Shown here piece by piece: positions 39,387 through 48,865 of a stretch of DNA of 64,000 nt. The notes under the pieces were generated by a model. It searched no databases, was not told the origin of the DNA, and saw only the letters and a program-made list of their open reading frames with translations. The position numbers were made by a program, and so were the translations under genes. The stretch comes from a virus (taxonomy: Duplodnaviria; Caudoviricetes). Location: positions 1 through 64,000 of IMG/VR virus record IMGVR_UViG_3300021387_001147, one strand, 5' to 3'. Position 1 is the stretch's first letter; every line of letters starts with the position of its first letter.

Positions 39387-39477
39387 ACTATGGCTGATGA
39401 TAGGTGATAGTTGCTTATCATCAGCCTTTTGATTTCGAAAACAATATTATATTTATATAGATGAGAAAGGAGTACAT

Positions 39478-40638
39478 ATGGCTAATATAGCTACTTACTT
39501 AGCAAAAATTAAATCCGCAGTTTACGGAGAAGAGGTACGTGGAGCGATCCATGATTCTATTAATACTATAAACAACGATGTGGAAAATGCAATCAGAAGA
39601 AATGCCAATGCACTTCCTTTCTGTGGTGATTTAGCTTCAATCAATCTCGATTACGTTACGGGATCAAACGATAGCTACAGAGGAATTTATAGGCTTCTTC
39701 CTAGAAATACGTATACTAATTTGCCGTCCGACTTTAATGCAAATAAAACAGGCTGTCTTATTGTTTACACAAATGGATCATATTGTATTCAAGAGCTGCA
39801 TTACTATGAATCTTTTGTCGGTAATCCCAACATGGGTTTTAAATTTTGGAAAAGAAATGACTATATAGGCGGGCTTAGTGATGGGTCATTTTCAGATTGG
39901 GTAAGCATAAATTCCTATGTCGAATCTATTATTAGCAACAATTCTATCATCACAGGTTTACGGACTGACCTTAATAATCAGAAAACAAAATTCCAGGGCG
40001 ATGTTGATTACGCTAACGATATGGCAAGAAATGCTATGAATAAGGCGTTAGAACTTGAACGTCGTATGGATGGCGGTGAAGGCGGAGGAGGCGGTGGCTC
40101 TGTTGTTATCTCTACAGACGCTACATTAACTCAATCTGGTGTTCCTGCTGATGCAAAAGCTGCTGGGGATAAAATTACTGGAATAAGAACAGACGTCGAT
40201 ACTGCTAATGATTATGCGAGGAATGCTATAAATACTGCTAACAGCGTATCCGGAAGATTAGATAGTGCACTTGATAGCATTAATAGTGAATTTAGCGGTG
40301 TTAACGACAGTATTAGCGACATTAATGACATCTTAAATAGTGCAATTTTTAGAGCTAGAACCATTACAAATGGAGACATTAATTTAGTGTACAATCCAGG
40401 CATTTATGGAGTACTATCTCCAAGTGCAGAAGCAACACAGAACTGGCCTTATCCTGACGAATATGGGACTCTTGCTGTGTTTAGAGGAGCATCAGATTCA
40501 TTAACGCCAGTTGTTTATTGTTTAGTGCAGGTAGCTTTTTGTTCTCACGGGGCAGCGTTTAGAATGCTTATTCCGCCTTTAATGGATCCTGAAGATCCTG
40601 TATATACAGACTGGATGACATTATATTCTGGAGAGTAA
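39478..40638 (+). CDS. fibre-like protein with two knob domains
   Basis: KIKSAVYGEEVRGAIHD N-terminus; D.TLTQSG.PADAKA motif; two GIY..LIVY/LAVF knobs. Confidence 0.6.
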   Translation: MANIATYLAKIKSAVYGEEVRGAIHDSINTINNDVENAIRRNANALPFCGDLASINLDYVTGSNDSYRGIYRLLPRNTYTNLPSDFNANKTGCLIVYTNGSYCIQELHYYESFVGNPNMGFKFWKRNDYIGGLSDGSFSDWVSINSYVESIISNNSIITGLRTDLNNQKTKFQGDVDYANDMARNAMNKALELERRMDGGEGGGGGGSVVISTDATLTQSGVPADAKAAGDKITGIRTDVDTANDYARNAINTANSVSGRLDSALDSINSEFSGVNDSISDINDILNSAIFRARTITNGDINLVYNPGIYGVLSPSAEATQNWPYPDEYGTLAVFRGASDSLTPVVYCLVQVAFCSHGAAFRMLIPPLMDPEDPVYTDWMTLYSGE

Positions 40639-40650
40639 TAAAAAGCATTT

Positions 40651-40834
40651 AAAAGCAACTGATTAGTACCCTACTTATACCACAAATGTTATTTTGTAGC
40701 GTAAATAGGTATACTAATCTTTTCTTTCCCTAAATATGAAGACCCCTCCCCGTAGGATCATGTGAGAAAACAAGCCTATTGGGAGGGGTATTTCGTTGTC
40801 CTAAAATGACATAAAAAGCACTTCATTAGTACCC
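40651..40834. mobile_element. candidate attP
   Basis: Direct repeats aaaagca(n4)attagtaccc at 40651-40671 and 40814-40834 in the intergenic region 3' of int. Confidence 0.45.
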
Positions 40835-40860
40835 CACTGGTACCACCTAGGCATATCGCC

Positions 40861-42069
40861 TTATTTTATCTTGGAAAGTTCTTTATGAAGCCAAATGATA
40901 TTTCTGGCGGTGTATACGCGTTCAGTAATGTCCATAATTCTGTGACCAACAATTAACTTGATAGCGTACTCATCTACTCCGGCTTCCTTAGCCATGGTGA
41001 TGAAATGCTTTCTCCCATCGTGAGGCCTATGATCCGGATTGAGTTTAAGCTCACTTGCCAGCTCCTTATATTTTACTTTCAAGATTTCATACGATATAGG
41101 GTACTTCGGTTTAAAGAACAGCTTACTCATTCCGGATTTAATAGCCTCAGTATACCATCTTTGAAGAATAGGTCTAATCTTTTCGTGAATCGGTACTTCT
41201 CTATTCTTTCCTGCCTCAGTCTTGGATCCGCAGATAATTGACCAGTCTTTCATATTTACTTTCGATACATCAATATTACAAAGCTCATTAGGACGAAGAC
41301 CTGAATAGCACTGAAAAACGATCATGTCAGATACCCATGATTCACCTACCTTACTCCAGAGCTTCTTCATCTCTTCATCTGTATATTTGATATGAGGCTT
41401 AACGGCATCATCATTACCGAACCCAGTCCTGATATCACGAGCGTAATTCCGATCTACGTATCCATACTCAACGGCGTAGTCCATCATCATTGAGATCGTA
41501 TACTTTATATTTTTCTTTGTGTTATCTGAAGGGTATAGTGTCTTGTCATTCACAGTCTTATGAGCATCGTCAAGAAGTCTTCTAAGATCTGGTGTCTTAA
41601 TTGACTGCACTAGTCTAAACCCAATAACCTCTTCACAGTACTTCCAGGCAGCTTTAATGGCATCATACCTCGAATTGCTAACCTCCTGCCTATGAATCTC
41701 TACCCATCTCTCATACAGCTCGTTCATAGTCATGTCGTTATCGAAGTCATATGGATTTGCATGATATTCTACGAGTGCTTTATAGGCTTCATTATAGGTC
41801 TTAAAGTATGCTTCAGGCTTAAGTAGTTTCCCTATCGGATGCCCAAACTCATCCTTTCCAACAGATACCATGACTCTGAAAGGTTTACGGCGCTTCTTAT
41901 CTGTGAGTTCAGTAATCCTGCCGAAACCATTAGGAAGTCTCATATGAGTAGTACGCTTCTTTTTAGGCGAGTCTTTAGGCTTGGTGAGCGATAGTGGCAT
42001 ACCGCAGTTAGGACAAGAGATAGCTTTATCTGATACGTCATGGCCACACTCTGGGCATTTAATTAGCAT
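40861..42069 (-). CDS. int: tyrosine integrase with N-terminal zinc ribbon
   Basis: CPECG..CPNCG; YSGLRPNE, KTEAG, HRPHDGRK, VGH..ITERVY catalytic set. Confidence 0.95.
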   Translation of the reverse strand: MLIKCPECGHDVSDKAISCPNCGMPLSLTKPKDSPKKKRTTHMRLPNGFGRITELTDKKRRKPFRVMVSVGKDEFGHPIGKLLKPEAYFKTYNEAYKALVEYHANPYDFDNDMTMNELYERWVEIHRQEVSNSRYDAIKAAWKYCEEVIGFRLVQSIKTPDLRRLLDDAHKTVNDKTLYPSDNTKKNIKYTISMMMDYAVEYGYVDRNYARDIRTGFGNDDAVKPHIKYTDEEMKKLWSKVGESWVSDMIVFQCYSGLRPNELCNIDVSKVNMKDWSIICGSKTEAGKNREVPIHEKIRPILQRWYTEAIKSGMSKLFFKPKYPISYEILKVKYKELASELKLNPDHRPHDGRKHFITMAKEAGVDEYAIKLIVGHRIMDITERVYTARNIIWLHKELSKIK

Positions 42070-42167
42070 TATTTACATCTCCTTATATTTTTTTCTTGGA
42101 CTTGAGTGAATTCGCAAGATTTACACATCCTATTATAGGAACCTATATATTTAAGGAGGAAATTACT

Positions 42168-42389
42168 ATGAAGGATGAAGAAGTATTGAAAATATTTAAT
42201 TGCGGAGCAAAAACATTTGCGAACATACTAATAGTCTCTTTGTATAATAGCGATCCTAAGGCTGCAGAAGCATTACTTGATTCTGTAAGATCGATGGACA
42301 CTATTGAAGCAAGAGTCGATGGAAGGGAGTTACATGTCAATTTATACCAAGCATTAAATAAACAATTAGAAGAGTATTTACATAGATGA
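42168..42389 (+). CDS. hypothetical cassette protein
   Basis: Promoter motif + AAGGAGG + hairpin. Confidence 0.7.
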   Translation: MKDEEVLKIFNCGAKTFANILIVSLYNSDPKAAEALLDSVRSMDTIEARVDGRELHVNLYQALNKQLEEYLHR

Positions 42390-42462
42390 TTAGGTTCCTA
42401 TACGGGATTGTATAATAAACTACAGTCCCTTATTTTTTCGCAACTTTTACATGTTCTATAAT

Positions 42463-42656
42463 AGAAAGGATCAATGGGTATTAAAGTACCTATGGCGGAA
42501 CATATACGCAAATGGATCGCCTGTTTGGCAAGCAGGAATATGCGTTATTGCTAGAAGGTGTATCGCAACCAACGTGAAGCCTTATCCCATTTCGAGTTGG
42601 GAATCGGGGAAATAGGCATTCTTATGGATCCATAAGAATTACATCTTCTTATTTTT
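42463..42656 (+). ncRNA. candidate structured RNA (contains 26-aa uORF 42474-42554)
   Basis: Promoter motif upstream; several stems; 22-nt perfect palindrome 42618-42639; T-run end. Confidence 0.45.
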
Positions 42657-42716
42657 TTCGCAATATTTACACCTCATATTATAGCAGATAAAAACTATTT
42701 TATGGGAGGCATTATT

Positions 42717-43001
42717 ATGTATAACTTAAATTATGTATATGTAGTAGTTTCTATGGACAAAAAGGATTATATGATTGAACAGCTTATCAGCGATCTTGAA
42801 GGCTGGGCTAGACATCTGTATAGAGTCGATCGGAAGAATCGGGTCCTGTATAGAGGTCTTATTCCAGTGAAAGAACTTGAGAGTCTGTTTACATTAGAAG
42901 CCATGAGTCCTTATGGAGCTGGCTACGAGATTACAGTTGACGGAGTACCTGCCAGGGATTATGGTTGTTATCCTTGGAAAGTAGTTAGAGGGATTGCATA
43001 A
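42717..43001 (+). CDS. hypothetical cassette protein
   Basis: Promoter motif + GGAGG. Confidence 0.7.
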   Translation: MYNLNYVYVVVSMDKKDYMIEQLISDLEGWARHLYRVDRKNRVLYRGLIPVKELESLFTLEAMSPYGAGYEITVDGVPARDYGCYPWKVVRGIA

Positions 43002-43074
43002 ATTGCAGTCCCTTTAATTTTTACATATCCTATAATGTAACAATAACTCACAACTCAATAAAGGAGGAACGATT

Positions 43075-43377
43075 ATGGAAGAACTTATTAATGCTTTGAA
43101 TGAACTATTCAGCAATGCACTGAAAGTAGGAATTGTTGAATACCCGGAAGACCCTGGATACTTATATTTCAAAGAGGACAACGATTTGTACAAGAAAGTG
43201 GATAAGTTGTGTGATCAGTTATTGATTGACAGCTCCGGGCACTGCAACTGGACAAACATTAACACTCTTCGAAATTCTGGATTCAGGGTCTTCCCTGGAG
43301 ATAAAGATAGTTTCGGCTGGCTAGTTGGATGTATTCAGAGAAATGGTGACCGTAAGCTTACGTTTACTTATGGATGA
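43075..43377 (+). CDS. hypothetical cassette protein
   Basis: Promoter motif + AAAGGAGG + terminator. Confidence 0.75.
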   Translation: MEELINALNELFSNALKVGIVEYPEDPGYLYFKEDNDLYKKVDKLCDQLLIDSSGHCNWTNINTLRNSGFRVFPGDKDSFGWLVGCIQRNGDRKLTFTYG

Positions 43378-43444
43378 TGTTTGTTACGACTTAAGAGCAA
43401 CTTCTACAGCTGCTCTTAATTTTTCTATAAACTTATGAGAGTTA

Positions 43445-43473
43445 TTGACAACACGACGAAAACCCTATATAAT
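43445..43473 (+). promoter_or_regulatory. consensus sigma-A promoter (rightward, cro)
   Basis: TTGACA-17-TATAAT exact. Confidence 0.9.
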
Positions 43474-43551
43474 GCCTTAGTGAGGTACCAATCGCAAAAC
43501 CTAAGGGCATACATAGGGTATTCTATCATATATGGATCCTAAGCAAATCCT

Positions 43552-43580
43552 ATTGTAGAATATTTTCTAAGCCATGTCAA
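43552..43580 (-). promoter_or_regulatory. leftward sigma-A promoter, convergent with the above
   Basis: TTGACA-17-TACAAT on minus strand. Confidence 0.75.
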
Positions 43581-43644
43581 GTGGTTTTGTGACGAAATAG
43601 TAAAATTTAAGTCACTCATTTTCATGAAAGGAGATCAAAACGAC

Positions 43645-43842
43645 ATGGTTTACGAACAGATTTTAAAGTATTGCGAAGAGGAGAACATTTCGCTCTCAGA
43701 ATTCGAGAAGAGATGCGAGATCGGAAATGGTACTGTAGGCAAATGGAAGGACGGTAAAACGAGTCCTACGATTAAGACTTTGAATAAGATAGCTATTCAT
43801 ACGGATGTCACGATTGGATACTGGCTGGGAGGGATGGCATAA
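43645..43842 (+). CDS. Cro-like XRE HTH protein
   Basis: ISLSEFEKRCEIGNGTVGKWK..SPTIKTLNKIA. Confidence 0.85.
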   Translation: MVYEQILKYCEEENISLSEFEKRCEIGNGTVGKWKDGKTSPTIKTLNKIAIHTDVTIGYWLGGMA

Positions 43843-44180
43843 TGTATGAGCTTAGCAGAAACAGATTCAAAGAGCTTAAACACTTCTGTTTACAGTATCC
43901 TGAAATGAAGGAAAGGGCATCCAAATTATATTCTGAAGCCTATGAAAATGACTTTGATCCAACAGGCAAGATTGCTTCAGAACTTGCTGACATAAAGAAA
44001 GCGATGAATCTGATCGAGATGACAGCATTCAATGTCGGAAAATTCCCGGGGGAGAAAATTCTGAAAATCGTTACAGAAGGAAGGGTAGTGGGAGAAGTCT
44101 GTCCTGGTGATAATGACATTTGCGAGTGGCATCTTCGGAAGTTTTACTGGATGCTGGATAAAGCTAAGGGTGTGATTTGA
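43842..44180 (+). CDS. putative transcriptional regulator (RinA/ArpU-like)
   Basis: ELKHFCLQYPE..IEMTA..ILK.VTEG..RKFYW.L pattern; coupled to cro. Confidence 0.45.
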   Translation: MYELSRNRFKELKHFCLQYPEMKERASKLYSEAYENDFDPTGKIASELADIKKAMNLIEMTAFNVGKFPGEKILKIVTEGRVVGEVCPGDNDICEWHLRKFYWMLDKAKGVI

Positions 44181-44221
44181 AGCAAATATTACAACTCTTA
44201 AAATAGAAAGGAGTGATGAAT

Positions 44222-44392
44222 ATGAAAGAAATAATACTGTATTCCGAAGGTCATATCTTTGCCAGCGATGCAGAAAGGATAAAGCAAATATGTGACGAAC
44301 TTAATCAAAAGCTGGCGGCTGAAGGATATCTTTCGGCATACGATGCCCTTGATGAAATCTATGAAGCACTCGGCATTAAAGAGGCAGATTAA
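44222..44392 (+). CDS. 56-aa protein resembling the C-domain of 57775/59512 paralogs
   Basis: Not in ORF track; GHIFASDAERIKQICDELNQKLAAEGYLS; promoter and RBS present. Confidence 0.7.
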   Translation: MKEIILYSEGHIFASDAERIKQICDELNQKLAAEGYLSAYDALDEIYEALGIKEAD

Positions 44393-44450
44393 ACATCTGC
44401 TTCTTATTTTGCAATTATTACATCTCCTAGTATAGAAAGGAGTGATATTT

Positions 44451-44657
44451 ATGACGGATTTAGAATTTCAGAAGGCTAGAGGAGACGAACATTTCAAAGC
44501 TTTAACAAAAGCCTGGTCTGATATTGAGTGTTATCAAAAGAGGATCAGTGAGCTGTATGAAAAGTTAAACGAGAAAGATTTGGAGATATATCGTCTCAAA
44601 TGTCAGATCTCTGATTTGAAATTCGACTTAAATTATTACAAAACGAGGCAAGAGTAA
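44451..44657 (+). CDS. coiled-coil cassette protein
   Basis: Promoter + GAAAGGAG. Confidence 0.7.
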   Translation: MTDLEFQKARGDEHFKALTKAWSDIECYQKRISELYEKLNEKDLEIYRLKCQISDLKFDLNYYKTRQE

Positions 44658-44713
44658 CATCTTGCTTCTTTTTGCAATTATTACAGCTCCTAGTATAGAA
44701 AGGAGTGATATTT

Positions 44714-44950
44714 ATGGTAATAAAAACAAAGGAACTTAAGGACAGATTAAGCACTATGCGAGATCTTTATAATAAGCAGTCAGCACATGCTTATGCGGCA
44801 CGAGTACAGTTGGAACTCGAATCATTTGATATTTGTGATTACGGTTATGTTACAATACCGCGAGCTGTTTATGATGCTGTTATATCAAATCTCAAGAATA
44901 GTGAAGCGATGTCCGACAAACTTCTTGAAGAATTTAATAAATTACAATAG
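44714..44950 (+). CDS. hypothetical cassette protein
   Basis: Same 47-bp leader as 44451 gene. Confidence 0.7.
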   Translation: MVIKTKELKDRLSTMRDLYNKQSAHAYAARVQLELESFDICDYGYVTIPRAVYDAVISNLKNSEAMSDKLLEEFNKLQ

Positions 44951-45053
44951 TATTGCTAAAAAGAGACTGGATTAACATCTGGTCCTCTTTTTTCAACATA
45001 ATTTACACTTCCTATAATGAAACCTATTATCAATTTCATGAAAGGAGGAAATT

Positions 45054-45356
45054 ATGGATAAGGAAAGACTCAAAAAGGATGCTAAATTCTGCAAAGACAA
45101 GATTAAAGACTTTTGGCATGATCATAAACGAGAGATCAAAAGAACAATAAAGATCGGTGGAGTTTGTATGCTTATCGGATTTTTGAAAGGAGTTAAATTC
45201 GAGTCAATAAATACTGGAAAACTCATTGATAGACTTCCGAAAACACCAGACTTAGATGATCTGGACGATTGGCTCGTTGCTTCTGGTATGTCAAAGAAAG
45301 AGCTTGAATACTTTATCAATGAATTGGCAGACAATGACCTTATTCCTATCGAATAA
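45054..45356 (+). CDS. membrane-anchored cassette protein
   Basis: FWHDHK..IGGVCMLIGFL. Confidence 0.7.
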   Translation: MDKERLKKDAKFCKDKIKDFWHDHKREIKRTIKIGGVCMLIGFLKGVKFESINTGKLIDRLPKTPDLDDLDDWLVASGMSKKELEYFINELADNDLIPIE

Positions 45357-45451
45357 TTGATGATTGGCGATAAGAGCATCTACTACAGGTGCTCTTAATT
45401 TTTACATATCCTATGATGAAATAAACTTTATATTTTCGAAAGGAGATACTT

Positions 45452-45760
45452 ATGGTAGAAAAAGAGGTATTGCAGAATTTTATAGGAATTAAATTCTGGG
45501 ATTTAAAAAGGCAACTCGGTGTCGATAACGATTATTCCGACTATAAGCAGAATAATATTAGACAGACATATCTTGACGAATGCATCGAATTGTTACCGTA
45601 TTTAATGACAAGAAGCGGAACTGTAGATGAGGCAAAAAGACTGACAAAATATTATTTTGTACTAAAGGTGTCAGAGCATCGTCACGATCTCGATATCACC
45701 AAGGCCAGAATTGATTTGGGAATTGCAGAGCTCAAAGAAAAGTGTTGTAAGGAAATTTAG
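45452..45760 (+). CDS. paralog family A (LD..KA..D..I.EL..K)
   Basis: Aligns by eye with 47203, 47634, 54655. Confidence 0.7.
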   Translation: MVEKEVLQNFIGIKFWDLKRQLGVDNDYSDYKQNNIRQTYLDECIELLPYLMTRSGTVDEAKRLTKYYFVLKVSEHRHDLDITKARIDLGIAELKEKCCKEI

Positions 45761-45837
45761 AAATGAAAAAGATGAGGAGTCCTAACAAGGGCTCTTCTTT
45801 TTGTTGAGTGAAACGAAACAGCAAGGAGGTTATATTT

Positions 45838-46107
45838 ATGGGACCAGATTTATTAGAAATTTACATTCCATGGACTGGCGAGATTGTTAAGACAACCCAT
45901 ACGAATCTTATGAGCAGCATTAAGACATTAAACAAGCTATCTCGTCCTGTTGAGTTATGGTCGTTACGGTATGCGTTTGGATTAGAGCAAAGTGCATCGA
46001 GTAAAAGAACTGTCATTTTGACAGATTCATCTGAAAACCTTGGAGTCAGAACGGCAAGGCTAAACGACAAAATAGTATTTGAATTCTACATTCGAACTGA
46101 TCTGTAA
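45838..46107 (+). CDS. hypothetical
   Basis: AAGGAGG RBS. Confidence 0.6.
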   Translation: MGPDLLEIYIPWTGEIVKTTHTNLMSSIKTLNKLSRPVELWSLRYAFGLEQSASSKRTVILTDSSENLGVRTARLNDKIVFEFYIRTDL

Positions 46108-46162
46108 TTTTTACAGCTCCTTTAATGACACTAGCATTATTATTCAAAAGGAGGAATTCAGT

Positions 46163-46423
46163 ATGAAAACACCTAAAAATGAAGTGGTAAACGTTGGAAT
46201 TGAAACACTTAAAAGTCTTATTATGAAGCTTGCATATGGAGAAGGAGAATCAGATGATTTTGATAGCATTGTTGCTATTAATGAAATACTCAAAGTTCTT
46301 CTCGACGAGGTAGCTGCAATTGAGGCCGATCGTGATCAGTACAAGGAAGCCGCATCAAGATTAAGAAACGATAAAACTATTGAATTAGAATGGGATAAAG
46401 TTGATAAAAGTAGTGTCAAATGA
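46163..46423 (+). CDS. hypothetical cassette protein
   Basis: Promoter + AAGGAGG + terminator. Confidence 0.7.
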   Translation: MKTPKNEVVNVGIETLKSLIMKLAYGEGESDDFDSIVAINEILKVLLDEVAAIEADRDQYKEAASRLRNDKTIELEWDKVDKSSVK

Positions 46424-46573
46424 TTGGACTGACCCTATGTGATGATATTTTACATGGGGTCTTTTCTTTGCAATTGTTGCATCTTTTTTTTAATGATACA
46501 ATAATGCTTTTTCGCAAATTCTACACTCCATATAATGTAAGTAATAACTAACTTTTCAAAAGGAGGAAACATT

Positions 46574-46777
46574 ATGACAAACGAAAACTATGCGAACACT
46601 CGTGTAACGAAGAAGTACCGTATGGCTGTAGTTTCAGCAACAGCAGCACATCTTCAGAATGCAAGAGCATCTGAGAATGGTATTGTGACGGTTGACCAGA
46701 GCTATCTTGCAGCGGTATTAAAATGCTTGAGTGCAGAAAAGACCGTTGAAGTCAGAAAGATTGATGAGGAAAAGTAA
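46574..46777 (+). CDS. hypothetical cassette protein
   Basis: Promoter + AAGGAGG + terminator. Confidence 0.7.
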   Translation: MTNENYANTRVTKKYRMAVVSATAAHLQNARASENGIVTVDQSYLAAVLKCLSAEKTVEVRKIDEEK

Positions 46778-46881
46778 CAAGTTATGAAACTAAAAATAGG
46801 AGAGGTACTGCTTCTCCTATTGTTTTTCTAATTGCTTCATGATATTCTATTCGTACACTTTACTAAAAGGAGGAGAGACCT

Positions 46882-47097
46882 ATGAAAGTGACGTTTGATG
46901 AGTATCTTGAAGCTTGTAACAGAAGCGTTGAAAATCCAGATATTCCTATGCCGATTCCATGTGCTAGCTGTGAGGATGAAATGATGGAATACGATTCAGA
47001 TAGTGAAAGTTATATTTGCCCATCTTGTGGAAGAGAAGTGCTACTTGAAGATAAAGACGAATATCTTGAGGACATTGTATCAGGAAAGTATGAATAA
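46882..47097 (+). CDS. acidic Zn-ribbon protein
   Basis: CASC..YICPSCG. Confidence 0.7.
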   Translation: MKVTFDEYLEACNRSVENPDIPMPIPCASCEDEMMEYDSDSESYICPSCGREVLLEDKDEYLEDIVSGKYE

Positions 47098-47202
47098 TAG
47101 AATTTCAAAAGGCTCTATCAGAAATGGTAGGGTCTTTTCTATTCGTAAAAATTACATCGGCTATAATGCAATGTAAACATTTATTTCAGAAAGGAGAAAA
47201 TT

Positions 47203-47514
47203 ATGGCTTGGAAAGAAACTGTAAACAAATTCATGGAGCTTGGAAAGAGATTCATGCCTGAGGATTATGATTTCTCTGAATACAAGGAAGAGGGACATGG
47301 CAGTAAAAACAGCCGCAAAGTCCGGCAGGTCTATATTGGTGAATGCGTAACCACATTACCAATCATGATCTTAAAAGGAGCCGATGACGATGAGCTGATG
47401 AGGATCACTGTTATGTACTACGTACTTCTGAAGTCAGAGAAACTTGGGCTTGACTTCGGAAAGGCATGGCGCGAACTCAGGATCGACGAGATTAGAGACA
47501 AGTATACCTTCTAA
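47203..47514 (+). CDS. paralog family A
   Basis: MILKGADDDELMR..LDFGKAWRELRIDEIRDKYT. Confidence 0.75.
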   Translation: MAWKETVNKFMELGKRFMPEDYDFSEYKEEGHGSKNSRKVRQVYIGECVTTLPIMILKGADDDELMRITVMYYVLLKSEKLGLDFGKAWRELRIDEIRDKYTF

Positions 47515-47633
47515 GTTATATTTATGCTATCGAGAAGGAGGGACTTAGCACGAGACTGTTGCAAGTCCTTTCTTTTTCGCAATTTTAACAGCTCCTAGTA
47601 TAGAAAAGAAGAGGCTTTTGAAAGGAGAGTATT

Positions 47634-47999
47634 ATGGCAAATAACGAACTTAGTATTGATTGCATACTGTATATCGGCACATTATTTGAAAAATGGCGTA
47701 ATCTGCTTTCGAAAGAAGACATTGCTGAATTACATAAGAAGTATGCTTTAGCACCAGATGTGACAATAATGGCAGAAAAAGCTTATAGAAAGAGGCAGAG
47801 ATGCATTGGCGAAGCCGTGAGACTCATTTATGCTATTTTAGAGGATGAGGGTCTGGCCATTACGTCAATGAATTTCAACAACGCTATGAGATATCTGCTT
47901 GTATCTATGGATTGTGTGAAGTATGCTCTTGATGTCGACTTCGCAAGAGCAGATAATGTCATCGCTGAAATGAAAGAACAGTACATATTGAAACATTGA
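47634..47999 (+). CDS. paralog family A
   Basis: LDVDFARADNVIAEMKEQY. Confidence 0.7.
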   Translation: MANNELSIDCILYIGTLFEKWRNLLSKEDIAELHKKYALAPDVTIMAEKAYRKRQRCIGEAVRLIYAILEDEGLAITSMNFNNAMRYLLVSMDCVKYALDVDFARADNVIAEMKEQYILKH

Positions 48000-48111
48000 G
48001 CTTGTAATTGCTAACTAAATAATTTACAAAGCCTCTTCTTTTTTTTTTTCGCAAATTTAACATTTACTTTAATGATATACATTAACTATTTATTATAAAG
48101 GAGGAAATGAC

Positions 48112-48288
48112 ATGAAAAGCTGGATCTTGAAAATGATTGGATTTATTCATGGAGGTGTGTTTATGACGAGTATTTGTATGAACGCTATACTTGCTCTCAT
48201 TATAGCGCTCATGTATAAAGAAGACAAGAAGAAAGAAAAAGAGAATCCATGGCACAGTTATAGCGGATATTATAATGAAAAGAGATGA
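48112..48288 (+). CDS. 58-aa membrane protein
   Basis: Not in ORF track; promoter, AAGGAGG, TM helix. Confidence 0.7.
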   Translation: MKSWILKMIGFIHGGVFMTSICMNAILALIIALMYKEDKKKEKENPWHSYSGYYNEKR

Positions 48289-48390
48289 TATTTTCGAAAG
48301 CTTCAGGCAGAAATGTCTGGGGCTTTTAATTTTTACAAGTCCTATGATGAGATACTTGTTAACCAGTATTCAAAGCAAAGGAGGAAAATT

Positions 48391-48762
48391 ATGAATGAAG
48401 TAACTGTAACTAAAAGGCAGAAGGCAAAGAAGTGGCTTGATGATCACACAGTTGAACTCTTGTTAGGAACAGTTGCTGTGGTTAGCGCTGGAGCTGGCAT
48501 CATATGGGGATTTGATCTCGGTGACACACGAGGCTTTACTAGAGGATTAAAGACCTTTAGAAAAGAGCATTGTGATGTAGCAAAGACGATCCTTAATGAA
48601 GCAGCTCATGAAGGAGCTTTTACAGCACTGAAACTTGTGAGAGACAACAAAGAGGTATACGAGCAGCTTCTTAAGGAACCAGATGCCGTAATCAGTAAAG
48701 TTGGGGAATTATTCTACAATTCCGAGTATGCAACGAGTATGCTGGATGTACTGAAAGAGTAA
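48391..48762 (+). CDS. membrane-anchored paralog family B
   Basis: KKWLDDH + Gly/Ala TM helix. Confidence 0.7.
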   Translation: MNEVTVTKRQKAKKWLDDHTVELLLGTVAVVSAGAGIIWGFDLGDTRGFTRGLKTFRKEHCDVAKTILNEAAHEGAFTALKLVRDNKEVYEQLLKEPDAVISKVGELFYNSEYATSMLDVLKE

Positions 48763-48865
48763 TCTCACAAAAGGGCTTGCAGTTAATGCTGCAGGCCTTT
48801 ATTTTTCTGCTCAAATATTATGAGAGCTGGTGAGTGCAGTGAACGAACTAACAAAAGGAGAGCTT

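Noticed and set aside
48037-48050. Long poly-T tract as a phase-variation site
   Set aside because: Intergenic, directly after a terminator stem; ordinary U-tract.
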